DNA of 64,000 bases from Gammaproteobacteria bacterium (GCA_963422205.2 CAXMWX010000012.1:114800-178799); one strand, 5' to 3'. Positions 10,008-26,348 are shown, counted from the stretch's first letter. The notes: a model not told the origin generated them from the sequence alone. Translations and numbers: made by a program.

Positions 10008-11028
10008 ATGCAGTATGCTTTTTTAGGCCAGTCAGGCATGGCCCTCTCCCGCCTGGCCTTTGGTGCCATGACCTTTGGCACTCAAGATATGGTGCCTGGC
10101 GTGACCAACACCATCGATGTCAAGACCGCCGATACCATGGCGGCCATGGCGATGGATGCGGGCGTTAATCTGTTCGATACCACCGATCTCTACACAGGCG
10201 GTCAGTCAGAATAGATTCTCGGTGAGGTGCTTGGGAATAAACGCCCGGAGGTGCTGATTGCAACCAAGTGTGGTTTTCCTGGCAGTGACAACCTCAATAA
10301 CAGGGGCCTTTCCTATCACCATATTATGCGTTCTATCGAAGGCAGCCTGAAACGCTTGAAGACCGATTACATCGACCTGTTCTTTTTTCCATATCCCTGA
10401 TCCCTATACGCCATTGGAAGAGAGCCTGAGGGCGCTGGACGATGCCACCCGTGCCGGCAAGATCCGTTATGCAGGGCTTTCCAATCACTCGGCCTGGATG
10501 GTGCAAAAAGCCCTGGGGCTGCAACAGGCGGCGGGGTATGCGCCCGTGCAAATGACGCAGATGTACTACTCCCTGCTGGGGCGTGATCTGGATCAGGAAT
10601 TTATCCCCTTCCTGAAAGATTCCGGCCTCGGCTTGATGGTATGGAGCCCGCTGGCCAGCGGTTATCTGACCGGCAAGTACACCGGTACTGAAGCCTCGGG
10701 CCGGCGCCAGAACTTTGCCTTCCCACCAGTCGATACCGAACAGGGCGACAAGGTGGTAGGCGTTCTGCGAGAGCTTGCTAATGCTAAGGGGGTGAGCCCG
10801 GCAGAGATCGCCCTGGCCTGATTGCTGACACGAGATTATATCAGCACCATCATCGTCGGTGCCAGTCGTGTTGACCAACTCAAGACCAACCTCAATGCGG
10901 TATCGATTGAGCTCTCTGCCGAGGAAGCCGCCAAACTCGATGAGATGACGCAGCAGCCACCGAACTATCCCGCCTGGATGCTGCCCATGGGAAGCCATGA
11001 GAGATTGGAGCAAATCGGCCATCGCTAA
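10008..11028 (+). pseudogene. Aldo/keto reductase, disrupted
   Basis: LAFGAMTFG, FDTTDLY, WSPLASGYL; TAG at 10212 (E expected), frameshift at T6 10383-10388, TGA at 10819 (W expected). Confidence 0.88.
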
Positions 11029-11115
11029 CAAGGCGCTTGTCAGCGTGGCGGCGTACCGGCATCCTCAACTGATCGCACCTTAAATTCACTTAACAACACG
11101 CCGGGGAGTTACCTG

Positions 11116-11670
11116 ATGAAGCACCTGATGATGGGTTTATGCAGTTTGTTTTTAGCGGCTGCTGTGCTGGCCTCTGCAAGCGATGAGAAAACAGAGATTA
11201 TCGAGACCATTAACGCGATTGGCTTTTATGCCGACATGGGCGACTGGGACAAGGTCGCCGAGCAATTTCACCCGGACGGCGTTGTCATTGACTACACCTC
11301 CTACCAAAACGCCTCGGCAGGTACTGAAAAGGCCGGTGGCACCCGGATGCAACCGGCTCAGGTCGTTGCCGCCTGGCAAAGCGTGTTGCCCGGCTATGAT
11401 CACACCCGCCATGTGCAAAGCAACCACCTGGTCGATGTTGAAGGCGACAAGGCAACGGCTCTCTCCAGTATTCACGCAACGCACGTCCTGCCAAATGAGG
11501 CAGGTGAAGACTTCTGGATTTTCCTCGGTGATTACTACCATGAGTTAGAGAAGACGGAAGACGGCTGGAAAGTGACCCTGATGCGTGCCAACTTGCGTTC
11601 GCAGCTGGGCAACCCAAACCTGCCTGCCATGGCTACCGAGATCGTCAAATCCAGACAGGCTGCCGAATAG
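11116..11670 (+). CDS. Exported SnoaL/NTF2-like protein
   Basis: Signal peptide; DWDKV..F..D..IDY, TRHVQSNHLVDVEGDKA, GDYYHELEKTEDGWK. Confidence 0.75.
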   Translation: MKHLMMGLCSLFLAAAVLASASDEKTEIIETINAIGFYADMGDWDKVAEQFHPDGVVIDYTSYQNASAGTEKAGGTRMQPAQVVAAWQSVLPGYDHTRHVQSNHLVDVEGDKATALSSIHATHVLPNEAGEDFWIFLGDYYHELEKTEDGWKVTLMRANLRSQLGNPNLPAMATEIVKSRQAAE

Positions 11671-11814
11671 TCAACATGCCCTGCTTGCCGAGTGCGGCTG
11701 TATGTAATGACCTGGTTTATCACGGGCCGCCTGTTATAGTAGGCAGCCGGGTGTGTTGTTAAGACGCTGTGCGGACAGCATGCAAATGACGACTTTATAT
11801 AACCGAGGTGTGCC

Positions 11815-12276
11815 ATGATCAAGTTCAGGTTAAACGGTGAAGAGCAGGTTGTTGATGTTGAGGGATACCCCCCTGCTGTGGGTGATCAGAGAGAACTTCA
11901 ATCTGACCGGCACCAAATACGGCTGCGGTATCGCCCAGTGCGGCGCCTGCACGGTGCATCTCGATGGTGCGCCGGTGCGCTCCTGTTCCTTTCCGGTGTC
12001 GGCGGCTGAAGGCCGTGCCGTCACCACCATTGAGGGCATCAGCGCCGATGGCGCACATCCGGTGCAGCAGGCCTGGATCAAACATCAGGTTCCCCAGTGT
12101 GGCTACTGCCAATCCGGTCAGGTCATGGCGGCTGTGGCCCTGCTGGAGAACAACCCGGCCCCTACGGATGCGGACATTGCCGAACAGATGACCAATATCT
12201 GCCGTTGCGGTACCTACCAGAGAATTCGCAATGCGATTCATGAGGTGGCTGGCAACGCCGCCGAGGAGGCACAATC

Positions 12277-12280
<4 letters not shown>
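11815..12280 (+). pseudogene. iorA: Isoquinoline 1-oxidoreductase alpha-like (2Fe-2S) subunit, frameshifted near 11862
   Basis: MIKFRLNG..., then in another frame [34 protein letters not shown]. Confidence 0.85.
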
Positions 12281-14865
<2,585 letters not shown>

Positions 14866-14915
14866 TTGACGTTGATGTAAATAATCGTATCTGGTAATTG
14901 GAACAATTAGTATTT

Positions 14916-15854
14916 ATGCCGCTTTTTGAAATAAACAAACTTAAACTTGCTTCCATAGAGCAATCAAATTTTAATCTTGAAAAAGATCTTCAGGATCTCA
15001 TAGAGAAAAATATAGACGTCGTTTTTAACAGCCGATTAGTGGCGTCTGAATTTCGTACTGGGACTGTGCATGCGGAAAGAATTGATACACTGGCCATTTC
15101 AGAAGATAGCAACCCGGTCATTATAGAATACAAGAAAGTAGAATCTTCAGATATGATCAATCAAAGTCTTTTCTATTTATCATGGATAAACGATCATAGA
15201 GGTGATTTTGAAATCGCCGCCAGGAATGCTGTGGGTAATGATGTGCAAGTGGACTGGTCAGATATTCGGGTTATATGTATTGCGCCAAATTATAAAAAGT
15301 ATGATTTACATGCCGTGCAGATGATGGGGGCAAATATAGAACTTTGGACTTACAGGCTTTTTAAAAATAATAGTCTTTACTTGGAAAAAGTATTCAGGAA
15401 ATCATTAACTTATTCAAGCGCTATTGATGATTCTTCCGGCAAGAATCCGGTCATGGTTGCCGCCGGGAAGAAGGCGACCATAACCAGAGCCACGGGCTCA
15501 TATAGTATAGAGCAACATTTAAAGGGAAAGTCAGATAAAATAAATAAACTGTTTACCAGTATTCAGGAATTCATTTTGGGATTAGATTCTGCAATAGAGG
15601 AGGTACCCAAGAAAAAATATATAAGTTACAGAATCTCTCAGAACATTGCTTATGTAAAGATTCAGTTAGGCAAAATTCTTATATATTTAAAACTGAAAAC
15701 AAAAGATATTGATGTATTGCCGGATAACGCAAGAGACGCAACTGATATTGGTTATTTCGGTACAGGAGATATTGAAGTCAGTATAAAAAATGATGACCAA
15801 CTGGAATCTGCAAAACCATTGATTACTAAAGCCTATCAAAAAATAGGCGGATAA
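14916..15854 (+). CDS. NucS/DUF91-like PD-(D/E)xK nuclease fused to DUF5655-like domain
   Basis: LEKDLQ...RIDTLA...PVIIEYKK...Q.L.Y; C-terminal KKYISY...GYFGTGD; AT-rich. Confidence 0.7.
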   Translation: MPLFEINKLKLASIEQSNFNLEKDLQDLIEKNIDVVFNSRLVASEFRTGTVHAERIDTLAISEDSNPVIIEYKKVESSDMINQSLFYLSWINDHRGDFEIAARNAVGNDVQVDWSDIRVICIAPNYKKYDLHAVQMMGANIELWTYRLFKNNSLYLEKVFRKSLTYSSAIDDSSGKNPVMVAAGKKATITRATGSYSIEQHLKGKSDKINKLFTSIQEFILGLDSAIEEVPKKKYISYRISQNIAYVKIQLGKILIYLKLKTKDIDVLPDNARDATDIGYFGTGDIEVSIKNDDQLESAKPLITKAYQKIGG

Positions 15855-16028
15855 ATGACAGACAAGCCGTGCCTATTAGAATATGCCTTATGATGAAGGT
15901 GATGTGATGTTGGGCCGGGTGGCGATGAAGGTAAAGAAAAACGCCGGTATTAGTGACCGGCGTCGGGCCGAGGCACGAAAACCTCGGTGTTGTTTGCAAG
16001 GATGATAACCATGCCCGTAGATTTGTCA

Positions 16029-16133
16029 ATGTCCATTGACACTCAGACACTCCGGGCTGTGGTTTATATCGACGGCTATAACCTTTACTACGGGATGCGG
16101 GAAGCACCCGGTGGCAAGTATAAGTGGATTTAA
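16029..16133 (+). pseudogene. N-terminal fragment of a NYN (LabA/DUF88) domain protein
   Basis: AVVYIDGYNLYYGM...KYKW then stop. Confidence 0.6.
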
Positions 16134-16387
16134 TAGCGAATTTTGAACTGACCAAACACGCTGTACAGGTTATGGAAGAAAGGCAAATTCCTGTGGCATG
16201 GGTGGAACGTACTATGACGTCGCCAGAATTACGATTGCCTGATCCGAATGATGAGGAAATAGAAAGACGTTTTCTCAGAATTCCCGAGTCTGGCGGCAGA
16301 GTATTGCGGGTGGTCGTCAATAATAAGGCTGTACCGGAGTTGATTGTAAGTGTATTCTTTGATCGAAGCATGAGAGGTAAATTATGA
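16124..16387 (+). CDS. DUF4258-like (RelE-type) putative toxin
   Basis: LTKHA..MEERQI...GRVLRVVV....IVSVFFDR; ATGA overlap with the next gene. Confidence 0.75.
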   Translation: MDLIANFELTKHAVQVMEERQIPVAWVERTMTSPELRLPDPNDEEIERRFLRIPESGGRVLRVVVNNKAVPELIVSVFFDRSMRGKL

Positions 16388-16584
16388 AACTGCACGTAGA
16401 CAAAGAAGCCGATGCGCTTTATCTGCGCCTGGATGATTCAAAAATCGTCGAATCGGATGAGGTGGCGCCTGGCGTTGTTCTCGATTATAGCGAGCAGAAT
16501 GAAGTGGTTGGCATCGAAATTCTGCACCTGTCCCGGCGCACCCCGGACCTGAAAACAAATGCGCTGGAATTCGAAGCGGTTTAA
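16384..16584 (+). CDS. DUF2283 putative antitoxin
   Basis: DKEADALYLRL...ESDEVAPGVVLDY.....VVGIEIL. Confidence 0.85.
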   Translation: MKLHVDKEADALYLRLDDSKIVESDEVAPGVVLDYSEQNEVVGIEILHLSRRTPDLKTNALEFEAV

Positions 16585-16596
16585 TCTGCTGTTAAT

Positions 16597-16631
16597 TTAA
16601 GGACGCCCTGAGTTAATCAGCGTTTCCTTAA
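16597..16631. mobile_element. Collapsed IS/MITE terminal inverted-repeat footprint
   Basis: ttaaggacgccctga-gttaa-tcagcgtttccttaa; imperfect IR bounded by TTAA. Confidence 0.4.
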
Positions 16632-16805
16632 CTGGCAAACCGAAAGCCGAAGAAGATTTATAGCCGATAAAGTAAAAGTCTGGTCTCGAAGTACATTTTT
16701 CCGACGTTGCCGGTTACGGAAAAGCGACTGCGAATGACGCATTGACGGAACGGTGAATCGGTTTCACTATTCCTGGCGTTAGCCGACTCAGCAAGAACAA
16801 GCCGC

Positions 16806-17027
16806 TCACTGCTGTTTCGGCTGAATGGCCAGTTCATTGATCGTATCTTCCCAACCCCCAAGCTGTGGTTTCGACCAGTCGCCATAGGCCCGCCTGGTGG
16901 TAATGCGTCCGTGCGCTGCTATCTCATCGAGACTATCTTTCAGCTTCGATTTCTCTGCATTCTCGGCATCAATCAAAACGGCGATGTTATTGTGTTTAGC
17001 CAAGCCTGTCATCCGCATCCCCTGCAA
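16806..17027 (-). pseudogene. Truncated NYN (LabA/DUF88) domain protein
   Basis: IAVLIDAENA...GRITTRRAYGDWS...W...AIQPKQQ then stop. Confidence 0.75.
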
Positions 17028-17217
17028 CCCGGGCCTTACACAACATGGACTTTCAGCTTGCGCCTGTCAAGAGCAGCGAATCCGTATGCTTCCACCTGCT
17101 CTACCATCTCCCAGAAATTATCACACCGGGCGTGATCTGCTGATTTGTCCGACATCTGAATGACCTGGTCGACATCCAGAAAGCAGCACCCCTCATCACT
17201 ATTCTAAACAGGCGGCG

Positions 17218-18270
17218 TCAGGGCCTTACAAGCGGCGGGGGGGGGGGGGGGGGTAACAGCAATTTTTTGATTGATGCCTTGATGTAGCGATACATCGCTT
17301 CGCGCCTGCTTTCCCGGGGGAGATAGGGAAGAATGCGTTTTCTATGCAGTAGCGGCACATTCCCGTCACCGTACTCGCCCCGTTCAATCCGTTCAATCAA
17401 GGTGATTAACATGGGCGGAATGTTGTATTCGTAAAGCACCAGATCACGTGCCTGCAAAAGCTCTGCCCGGTATTTTTGGTCAAATGCGTGCAGAATAGCG
17501 TGGTCGATAAGAGTAACCGCTCGATCAAAATCATGGATGTCTATGGACAAAAAGGCGTTCTCTGGAAAATACTGATTTAAATTCGGGCAGCCATAGTAGA
17601 CAGGATACGTGCCGGTTAAAATACAATCATTCAACTTTTCCGTAAAATAGTGCTCAGATGATGTATTCTCCAGGGCAATGTGAAAACGATACGCCCCAAG
17701 AGCCTCCAGCTTATCTTGCACGGGCGCAAAGCCACGGCCATAAAAATCCAGTCTCTCCCCGTAATGCGCTTTAAGCCTTTGAGCAAACTGAAAACGCACT
17801 CTGTGTGGATCAGAATGATTCTTGTGTTGTGAAGCAATCACAGAGAGCAGTTTGGATTTGGGGTGTTCAAAGAGGGTGGCCACCTGATGAAGATCCATGG
17901 GCATGGAAAAATCCTTGCCTACCCACCAGGCGTGCCCCCCGCAATGAGGGATCTCTCCCGCCTGGCTTGTAGTCTTTCCTAACCCGGTGTGCCAGGCAAA
18001 TTGCGCCCGGTAGTCTTCAGGGTACAGACCAATATCCCCCAGCGGTGGCTCCGTTGCGATATGAATGGTGTTTTGCTCAGGACACAAAGGCTTAATCGGA
18101 TGGGGCAGATCATCATAGACCACAAGGTAGTCATAGTTTTCCTTATCAGCATTTAATAAAAAGCACCATTCACCCCATTGGGGGATGGAGTCGGGAAAGA
18201 ATCGCAACCACAAAGGATCAAGGTGTACTGAGCAGACATTAATGGTTCTTGTAGTCAATGCGTATTCCAA
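17218..18270 (-). CDS. Glycosyltransferase family 10 (alpha-1,3/4-fucosyltransferase-like)
   Basis: YRFHIALEN...YFTEKLNDCILTGTYPVYYG motif; poly-C tract near the C-terminus. Confidence 0.8.
   Translation of the reverse strand: MEYALTTRTINVCSVHLDPLWLRFFPDSIPQWGEWCFLLNADKENYDYLVVYDDLPHPIKPLCPEQNTIHIATEPPLGDIGLYPEDYRAQFAWHTGLGKTTSQAGEIPHCGGHAWWVGKDFSMPMDLHQVATLFEHPKSKLLSVIASQHKNHSDPHRVRFQFAQRLKAHYGERLDFYGRGFAPVQDKLEALGAYRFHIALENTSSEHYFTEKLNDCILTGTYPVYYGCPNLNQYFPENAFLSIDIHDFDRAVTLIDHAILHAFDQKYRAELLQARDLVLYEYNIPPMLITLIERIERGEYGDGNVPLLHRKRILPYLPRESRREAMYRYIKASIKKLLLPPPPPPPLVRP
17237..17253. repeat. G17 (C17 on coding strand) homopolymer
   Basis: Direct read; encodes the poly-Pro end of the GT10. 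Confidence 0.9.
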
Positions 18271-18480
18271 GCGGACGTATTCCCGACGGTGTTATCTTTC
18301 GCCGTGTCTTAACATTCTGCCCACTTTGCCTGCACATACAAGGCAGCCCTATCTCCCCTGTGGTCAGTATGAACAGACAGAGAATGACACAATAACGGCA
18401 AGAGAGCGACTGGCAAAATCCCGCCGCCAGCCATGCAACCGGTCTTTGCCTGAGCCATTATCATATCGAGGCTTTATTTA

Positions 18481-18517
18481 ATAGTTAAAGACTATCATTT
18501 TATTTAAAATAATAAAT
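18481..18517. promoter_or_regulatory. OxyR-type (LysR) binding site upstream of katG
   Basis: ATAG-ttaaaga-CTAT (ATAG-N7-CTAT) followed by an AT-rich degenerate second half. Confidence 0.6.
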
Positions 18518-18547
18518 TAGAAAAATGATGGTGTGGCATTACAATAG

Positions 18548-20776
<2,229 letters not shown>

Positions 20777-20798
20777 TCCAGCGTCAAGCCCAAGAAGT

Positions 20799-20852
20799 AA
20801 CGGCGGCGTTTCCGGTGCATCTATCTGCACTGTGGAACGCCGCTGTTTTTTT
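20799..20852 (+). terminator. Rho-independent terminator after katG
   Basis: cggcggcgtt...aacgccgctg stem followed by T7. Confidence 0.75.
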
Positions 20853-20903
20853 GGCGATTGACTTCTCAAAATCCAGGTGTGAGCAGCCAGTCCACGTCCT
20901 GTC

Positions 20904-21425
20904 TCACCCCGTCCGCTTCACCCCGATCACGCTGCCCTGCTGTGGCGGCCGGGGCAGCCCCGCATGTGCCTCTGCCACCGCTTGCAGGCGGGCCTGAATA
21001 GCGGCAGGCATGGCGCTGACCCGGCGCGTTTGCATATCCATATACAAGGTGATCAATTCATTGGTCGCCGCCAGATAGCCCTGGTCGGCATGATACATGT
21101 GATGGAAATAATGCAGGCGCTTGCTGTCATAGGCCAGCAGTTGTGTGGTGATATACACCGCATCCCCCTCTACCAGCTCTTTAAGGTAATTGACATGAAT
21201 CTCGGCGGCAAACGTGGAGGCCTGCCGGGCGTGGCGAAAGGATTGCGTTAAGCCCAGGTAATCGAGAAACTTGTCGGTGGCGTGATCGAAGATCAAGACA
21301 TAATAGGCCAGGTTCATGTGGCCATTGTAGTCGATCCATTCGGGGAGGATGGTGGCCTCATGAAGCCTTGGCAAATCGGCAGGCGGGGGCAAATCGGTGG
21401 GCGGGGCGGCGTGCGACATGTGCAA
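20904..21425 (-). CDS. Hot-dog fold acyl-CoA thioesterase
   Basis: EWIDYNGHMNLAYY..FD, E.H..YLKE. Confidence 0.85.
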   Translation of the reverse strand: MHMSHAAPPTDLPPPADLPRLHEATILPEWIDYNGHMNLAYYVLIFDHATDKFLDYLGLTQSFRHARQASTFAAEIHVNYLKELVEGDAVYITTQLLAYDSKRLHYFHHMYHADQGYLAATNELITLYMDMQTRRVSAMPAAIQARLQAVAEAHAGLPRPPQQGSVIGVKRTG

Positions 21426-21431
21426 CTCGGC

Positions 21432-22236
21432 CTAGCGCAGCCCTAACACATCCTGCATGTCATACAGTCCCCGGTCCTGCCGTGCGAGCCATTCGGCGGC
21501 GCGCACAGCCCCCGTAGCGAAGGCACGGCGGCTGGTAGCGATGTGTTTTAACTCCAGCCGCTCGCCGGCGCTGGCAAACAGGGCGGTATGCTCGCCGATG
21601 ATATCACCGGCACGAAGGGTGGCGAAACCGATGCTCTGTGGATTCCTGGGGCTGGTCTGCCCCTCACGGCCATAGACGGCGTGCGTTGTCAGGTCTCTGC
21701 CCAGAGCAGCGGCCACGATCTCACCCAGACGCATGGCCGTGCCGGAGGGCGCATCGGTCTTCTGGTTGTGATGGGCTTCAATGATCTCAATGTCGCTGGC
21801 ATCACCGATGTGCCGGGCGATCAGTTGCGCCAGCTTGAACATCAGGTTGACGCCGATGCTCATATTGGGCGCAAAGACGATGGCGATATCCTCAGCCGCC
21901 GCTTTTATCTCGGCACGCTGCCCCTCATCCAGTCCGGTCGTGCCAATGACCATCGGCCTGCCAGCTGTACGGCAATGGTGCAGGTGATGCAGTACGGCAT
22001 GGGCGGCAGTGAAATCGATCCACACATCAGCCGCATCCAGAACGGGCTGCATGGAGTCAGTAACCAACACGCCCTGCCTGACGATGCCGACAGCAAGGCC
22101 AGCATCCTCACCCAGCACAGGCGATTCACCGTGTTCAATGGCCGCCCCCAGGCTCATGCCATCGGTTTCATGGATAACCTCAAGCACCGCTTTACCCATC
22201 CTGCCAGCACTTGCCGCAGACGCCTGCCCGTATCAT
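21432..22236 (-). CDS. dapB: 4-hydroxy-tetrahydrodipicolinate reductase (apparent 1-nt insertion near 22211)
   Basis: MIRAGVCG/SAGRMG split across frames; IDFT, IGTTG, EAHHNQKTDAPSGTA, RAGDIIGEH. Confidence 0.93.
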
Positions 22237-22252
22237 TGGCTCAAGCAGCGCA

Positions 22253-23393
22253 TTATGAGGTCATGGAGTCGAAGAAATGCTTCACGCCGTCCAGCCAGGA
22301 GTCGGCGCGCGGGCTGTGCGGCTTACTGTCCTCGTTCATGGCGGACTGGAACTGCCGCAGCAACTCTTTCTGTTTTTTGTTCAGGTTGACCGGGGTCTCC
22401 AGCACGGCGCGGCAGAGCAGATCGCCCTTGGCGGAAGCCCGTACCGACTTGACACCCTTGCCGCGCAAGCGAAATAACTTGCCGCTCTGCGTCTCGGCCG
22501 GGATCTTCAATTTGACCTTGCCATCCAGCGTGGGGATCTCCAACTCGCCGCCCAGCGTAGCGGTGGCGAAACTGATGGGGACTTCGCAATACAGATCAGT
22601 ACCTTCACGGGTGAATATATCATGCTCCTTAACGCCGATATGCACATACAGATCACCCGGCGGGCCGCCCTGCTCGCCAACCTCCCCCTCAGCGGACAGG
22701 CGAATACGATCGCCGGTATCCACCCCGGGCGGTACTTTGACGGCAATCGTTTTGCTGTCTTTCACCCGCCCCTGACCATGACAGGCACCGCAAGGGTCGT
22801 TGATGATCTTGCCATTACCCCCGGCACTGCGGGCAGGTCTGCTGGACCGAAAAGAACCCCTGCTGCATACGCACCTGGCCGACGCCGTTACAGCTGGGGC
22901 AGTTGACCGGGGCCGAACCTTTCCTTGCACCGCTGCCATGACAGCGTTCACACCTAACCAGCTTCGGCACACGAATCTTGATATGGGTACCGGCGACCGC
23001 CTCTTCCAGCGTCAAGTCAAGATCATAACGCAGATCAGCACCACGATAGACGCGCTGCCCGCCGCGACCGCCAGCCGAAGCATTGCCGAAAATATCGCCG
23101 AACACACTGTCGAAGATATCACCAAAGCCACCGCCAAAACCCTGCGCGCCTGCCCCGATTGCGGCCTCCACACCCGCATGGCCGAATTGATCATAGGCAG
23201 CACGCTTGTCCTTGTCACTCAGCACATCATGCGCCTCCTTGGCCTCTTTGAATTTCTGCTCGGCGCTCTCATCATCGGGATTACGATCCGGATGGTACTT
23301 CATGGCCAGCCGCCTGAAGGCCTTTTTTATATCCGCATCGCTCGCTGCCCTTGAGAGCCCTAACACCTCATAATAATCACGCTTGTTAGCCAT
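22253..23393 (-). CDS. dnaJ: Chaperone DnaJ (apparent 1-nt insertion in C5 run 22818-22822)
   Basis: [14 protein letters not shown] region, CxxCxGxG repeats; C-terminal half in frame 22253..22972. Confidence 0.96.
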
Positions 23394-23435
23394 CGCTTTA
23401 TATCGTTACCTCACTGATCTGATACTCTTTATACA

Positions 23436-23472
23436 CAAACAAGCCCGGCGAGAGGGCGCTCTGCCGGGCTGT
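23436..23472 (-). terminator. Terminator-like hairpin between dnaK and dnaJ
   Basis: Minus strand agcccggc...gccgggct followed by tgtttgt. Confidence 0.5.
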
Positions 23473-23561
23473 CCGTAGGCGATCTGTCACTGCCCTGTCA
23501 TGCGAGGTGTGGCACCGCCGCAACGCCCGGCCATGATCCGGGGCGATGGATACCTTAGCGA

Positions 23562-25499
23562 TTACTTCTTCTCATCGTTGACCTCTTCGAATTCGGCATC
23601 AACCACATCGCCCTCGGCCTTGTTATTGTCATTATCGGCTGCTGCGCCCGCCGCCTGCCCGGCGCCCGCCGCATCGCCTTGCGCCTGCTGATAGGCTTTT
23701 TCCGCCAGCTTGCCAGCGGCTGTGGTCAACTGCCGGGTCTTCTCCTCGATCAGCGCCTGATCATCGGTCTTTATCGCCTCTTCCAATTCGCCTATCGCTG
23801 CCTCGATCGCCTGCTTCTCCTCAGCCTCTACCTTGTCGGCTAACTCATCCAGCGACTTCCTGGTAGCATGGATCATGTTCTCTGCGGTATTACGCGCCTC
23901 GATCAGCGCCCGGGTCTTGCGATCCTCCTCGGCATGGGCCTCGGCATCCCGCACCATATTCTCGATCTCCGCATCAGACAAGCCGCTGGATGCCTTGATG
24001 ATGATCGACTGCTCCTTGCCCGTGGCCTTGTCTTTGGCGGATACATTCAAAATCCCGTTCGCATCAATATCGAAGGTGACTTCTATTTGCGGTGCGCCGC
24101 GCGGGGCCGGCGGGATATCGGACAGATCAAACCGCCCCAGCGATTTGTTACCGGACGCCATTTCGCGCTCGCCCTGCAACACATGCACGGTGACCGCCGT
24201 TTGATTATCCTCGGCCGTTGAGAAGACCTGCTGGGCATTGGTCGGGATGGTGGTGTTCTTCTCGATCAACTTGGTCATCACGCCGCCCAGAGTCTCGATG
24301 CCCAGCGATAGCGGCGTGACATCCAGAAGCAACACGTCCTTGACATCGCCGCCCAGCACGCCGGCCTGAATCGCAGCACCAGCGGCCACCGCCTCGTCCG
24401 GGTTGACATCTTTGCGCGGCTCTTTGCCGAAAAACGTCTGCACCTGCTCCTGCACCTTGGGCATACGGGTCTGCCCGCCCACCATGATCACATCGGTGAC
24501 ATCACCGGCCGACAGGCTGGCATCCTCCAGCGCCTGCTTGCAGGGGGCGATGGTGCGAGTAATCAAGTCATCCACCAAGGACTCCAGCTTGGCACGGCTG
24601 AGTTTCAGGTTCAGATGCTTGGGCCCGCTGGCATCGGCGGTGATGTACGGCAGATTCACATCGGTCTGCTGGCTGGAGGATAATTCAATCTTGGCCTTCT
24701 CGGCCGCCTCCTTCAGGCGCTGTAATGCCAGCGGATCGTTGTGCAGATCAATGCCCTGCTGCCGCTTGAACTCATCACACAGGTAATCAATGATACGCAG
24801 ATCAAAGTCCTCGCCGCCGAGAAAAGTATCGCCGTTGGTGGACAGCACTTCGAACTGATGCTCGCCATCAACCTCGGCGATCTCGATGATGGAGATATCG
24901 AACGTACCGCCACCCAGATCATACACCGCAATGCGGGCATCGCCGTGTTTCTTGTCCATGCCATAGGCTAATGCGGCAGCGGTTGGCTCGTTGATGATGC
25001 GCTTGACCTCAAGGCCGGCGATCTTGCCGGCATCTTTGGTGGCCTGGCGCTGTGAGTCGTTAAAGTACGCCGGCACGGTAATGACGGCTTCTCGCAATTC
25101 TTCACCCAGGTAGTCCTCGGCCGTCTTTTTCATCTTCATCAAGACCCGGGCGGAGATCTCCGGCGGGGCCAGCTTCTTGCCGTTGACTTCAACCCAGGCA
25201 TCGCCGTTATCGGCCTTGACGATCTTGTACGGCACCATGTTGATGTCTTTTTGCACGATCTCATCTTCAAAGCGACGGCCGATCAGGCGCTTCACTGCAA
25301 ACAAGGTGTTGTCGGGGTTGGTCACGGCCTGGCGCTTCGCCGATTGACCGACCAGTACCTCATCACCATCTGCAAAGGCCACGATTGAGGGGGTGGTACG
25401 CCCACCTTCGCTGTTCTCGATCACCTTTGCCTCGCCACCTTCCAGCACAGCCACGCATGAGTTGGTTGTACCCAAATCAATACCGATTATTTTAGCCAT
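23562..25499 (-). CDS. dnaK: Chaperone DnaK
   Basis: [32 protein letters not shown]. Confidence 0.99.
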   Translation of the reverse strand: MAKIIGIDLGTTNSCVAVLEGGEAKVIENSEGGRTTPSIVAFADGDEVLVGQSAKRQAVTNPDNTLFAVKRLIGRRFEDEIVQKDINMVPYKIVKADNGDAWVEVNGKKLAPPEISARVLMKMKKTAEDYLGEELREAVITVPAYFNDSQRQATKDAGKIAGLEVKRIINEPTAAALAYGMDKKHGDARIAVYDLGGGTFDISIIEIAEVDGEHQFEVLSTNGDTFLGGEDFDLRIIDYLCDEFKRQQGIDLHNDPLALQRLKEAAEKAKIELSSSQQTDVNLPYITADASGPKHLNLKLSRAKLESLVDDLITRTIAPCKQALEDASLSAGDVTDVIMVGGQTRMPKVQEQVQTFFGKEPRKDVNPDEAVAAGAAIQAGVLGGDVKDVLLLDVTPLSLGIETLGGVMTKLIEKNTTIPTNAQQVFSTAEDNQTAVTVHVLQGEREMASGNKSLGRFDLSDIPPAPRGAPQIEVTFDIDANGILNVSAKDKATGKEQSIIIKASSGLSDAEIENMVRDAEAHAEEDRKTRALIEARNTAENMIHATRKSLDELADKVEAEEKQAIEAAIGELEEAIKTDDQALIEEKTRQLTTAAGKLAEKAYQQAQGDAAGAGQAAGAAADNDNNKAEGDVVDAEFEEVNDEKK

Positions 25500-25567
25500 G
25501 TAATCAACTCCGAGATTCTTAACACATTGAAATGATAAAAATTTTAATCGCTCACATCGTTCAGCCT

Positions 25568-25596
25568 ATATGCGGGTGAGGCGGTGGTATTTCAAG
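25568..25596 (-). promoter_or_regulatory. Sigma32 promoter of dnaK
   Basis: Minus strand CTTGAAA-N13-CCCGCATAT. Confidence 0.7.
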
Positions 25597-25645
25597 CCTG
25601 CCGGGCAATATTGCCGCCGCCATCCGCCTTAACTATTCTGTCGCC

Positions 25646-26281
25646 TTACTTCGCCACCACCACCATCGCCGGGCGCAACAGGCGACCATTGAGATCGTAG
25701 CCTTTTTGCATCACCCGGATGACCTTGCCGGACTCCACGCCCTCTTGTTCTATCACAGAAACTGCCTCATGAAATTGCGGATCAAATCTCTCCCCCAGCG
25801 GATCATGCGCCACCACGCCAGACTTCTCCAGGCAATCACCGAACATCTTCAAGGTCAAGTCCATGCCCTCTTTCAAGCCCTCTACACTGTCGGCATTGTC
25901 GGCCGATTCTGTGGCATTGATACCAAGCTGCATACTGTCCATCACAGGCAGCAGGGCCTGGACGAATTTCTCCAAGGCATATTTATGGGCATTTTCTATA
26001 TCGCGGGAAGTGCGCTTGCGGACATTATCCAACTCGGCCGTGGCGCGCACGGCCTTGTCAAGATTCTCCTGCTCTTTTAACTCCAGGCTCTGCACCTTTA
26101 ACTTCAGGCTTTCGATCTCCGCTAACAAGGCATCACCGGCATCGCTGGCCTCATCAACCTCATGGGGCTTGCCATCCTCCGGGTCGGCGGCCATCTCAGT
26201 GTCAAGCGTCGCTGGCTCGATCACCTCCTGCAAGGGCGCTTGCTCTTCCTCAGCAATCTGTTTGCTCTCTTCTTCAGTCAT
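25646..26281 (-). CDS. grpE: Nucleotide exchange factor GrpE
   Basis: AELDNVRKR, FDPQFHEA, QKGYDLNGRLLRPAMVVV. Confidence 0.97.
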   Translation of the reverse strand: MTEEESKQIAEEEQAPLQEVIEPATLDTEMAADPEDGKPHEVDEASDAGDALLAEIESLKLKVQSLELKEQENLDKAVRATAELDNVRKRTSRDIENAHKYALEKFVQALLPVMDSMQLGINATESADNADSVEGLKEGMDLTLKMFGDCLEKSGVVAHDPLGERFDPQFHEAVSVIEQEGVESGKVIRVMQKGYDLNGRLLRPAMVVVAK

Positions 26282-26348
26282 GTATCTACCTGATTATGAT
26301 AGGGAAAGTATCCTGATTTTATTCGGGGGCGCGGTGCCTTGTCAGGCT

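Noticed and set aside
15932-15990. Orphan minus-strand terminator and hairpin as a small RNA
   Set aside because: No promoter or family features to support it; may simply terminate convergent transcription
21588-22775. 395-aa plus-strand ORF
   Set aside because: Antisense shadow of dapB and dnaJ
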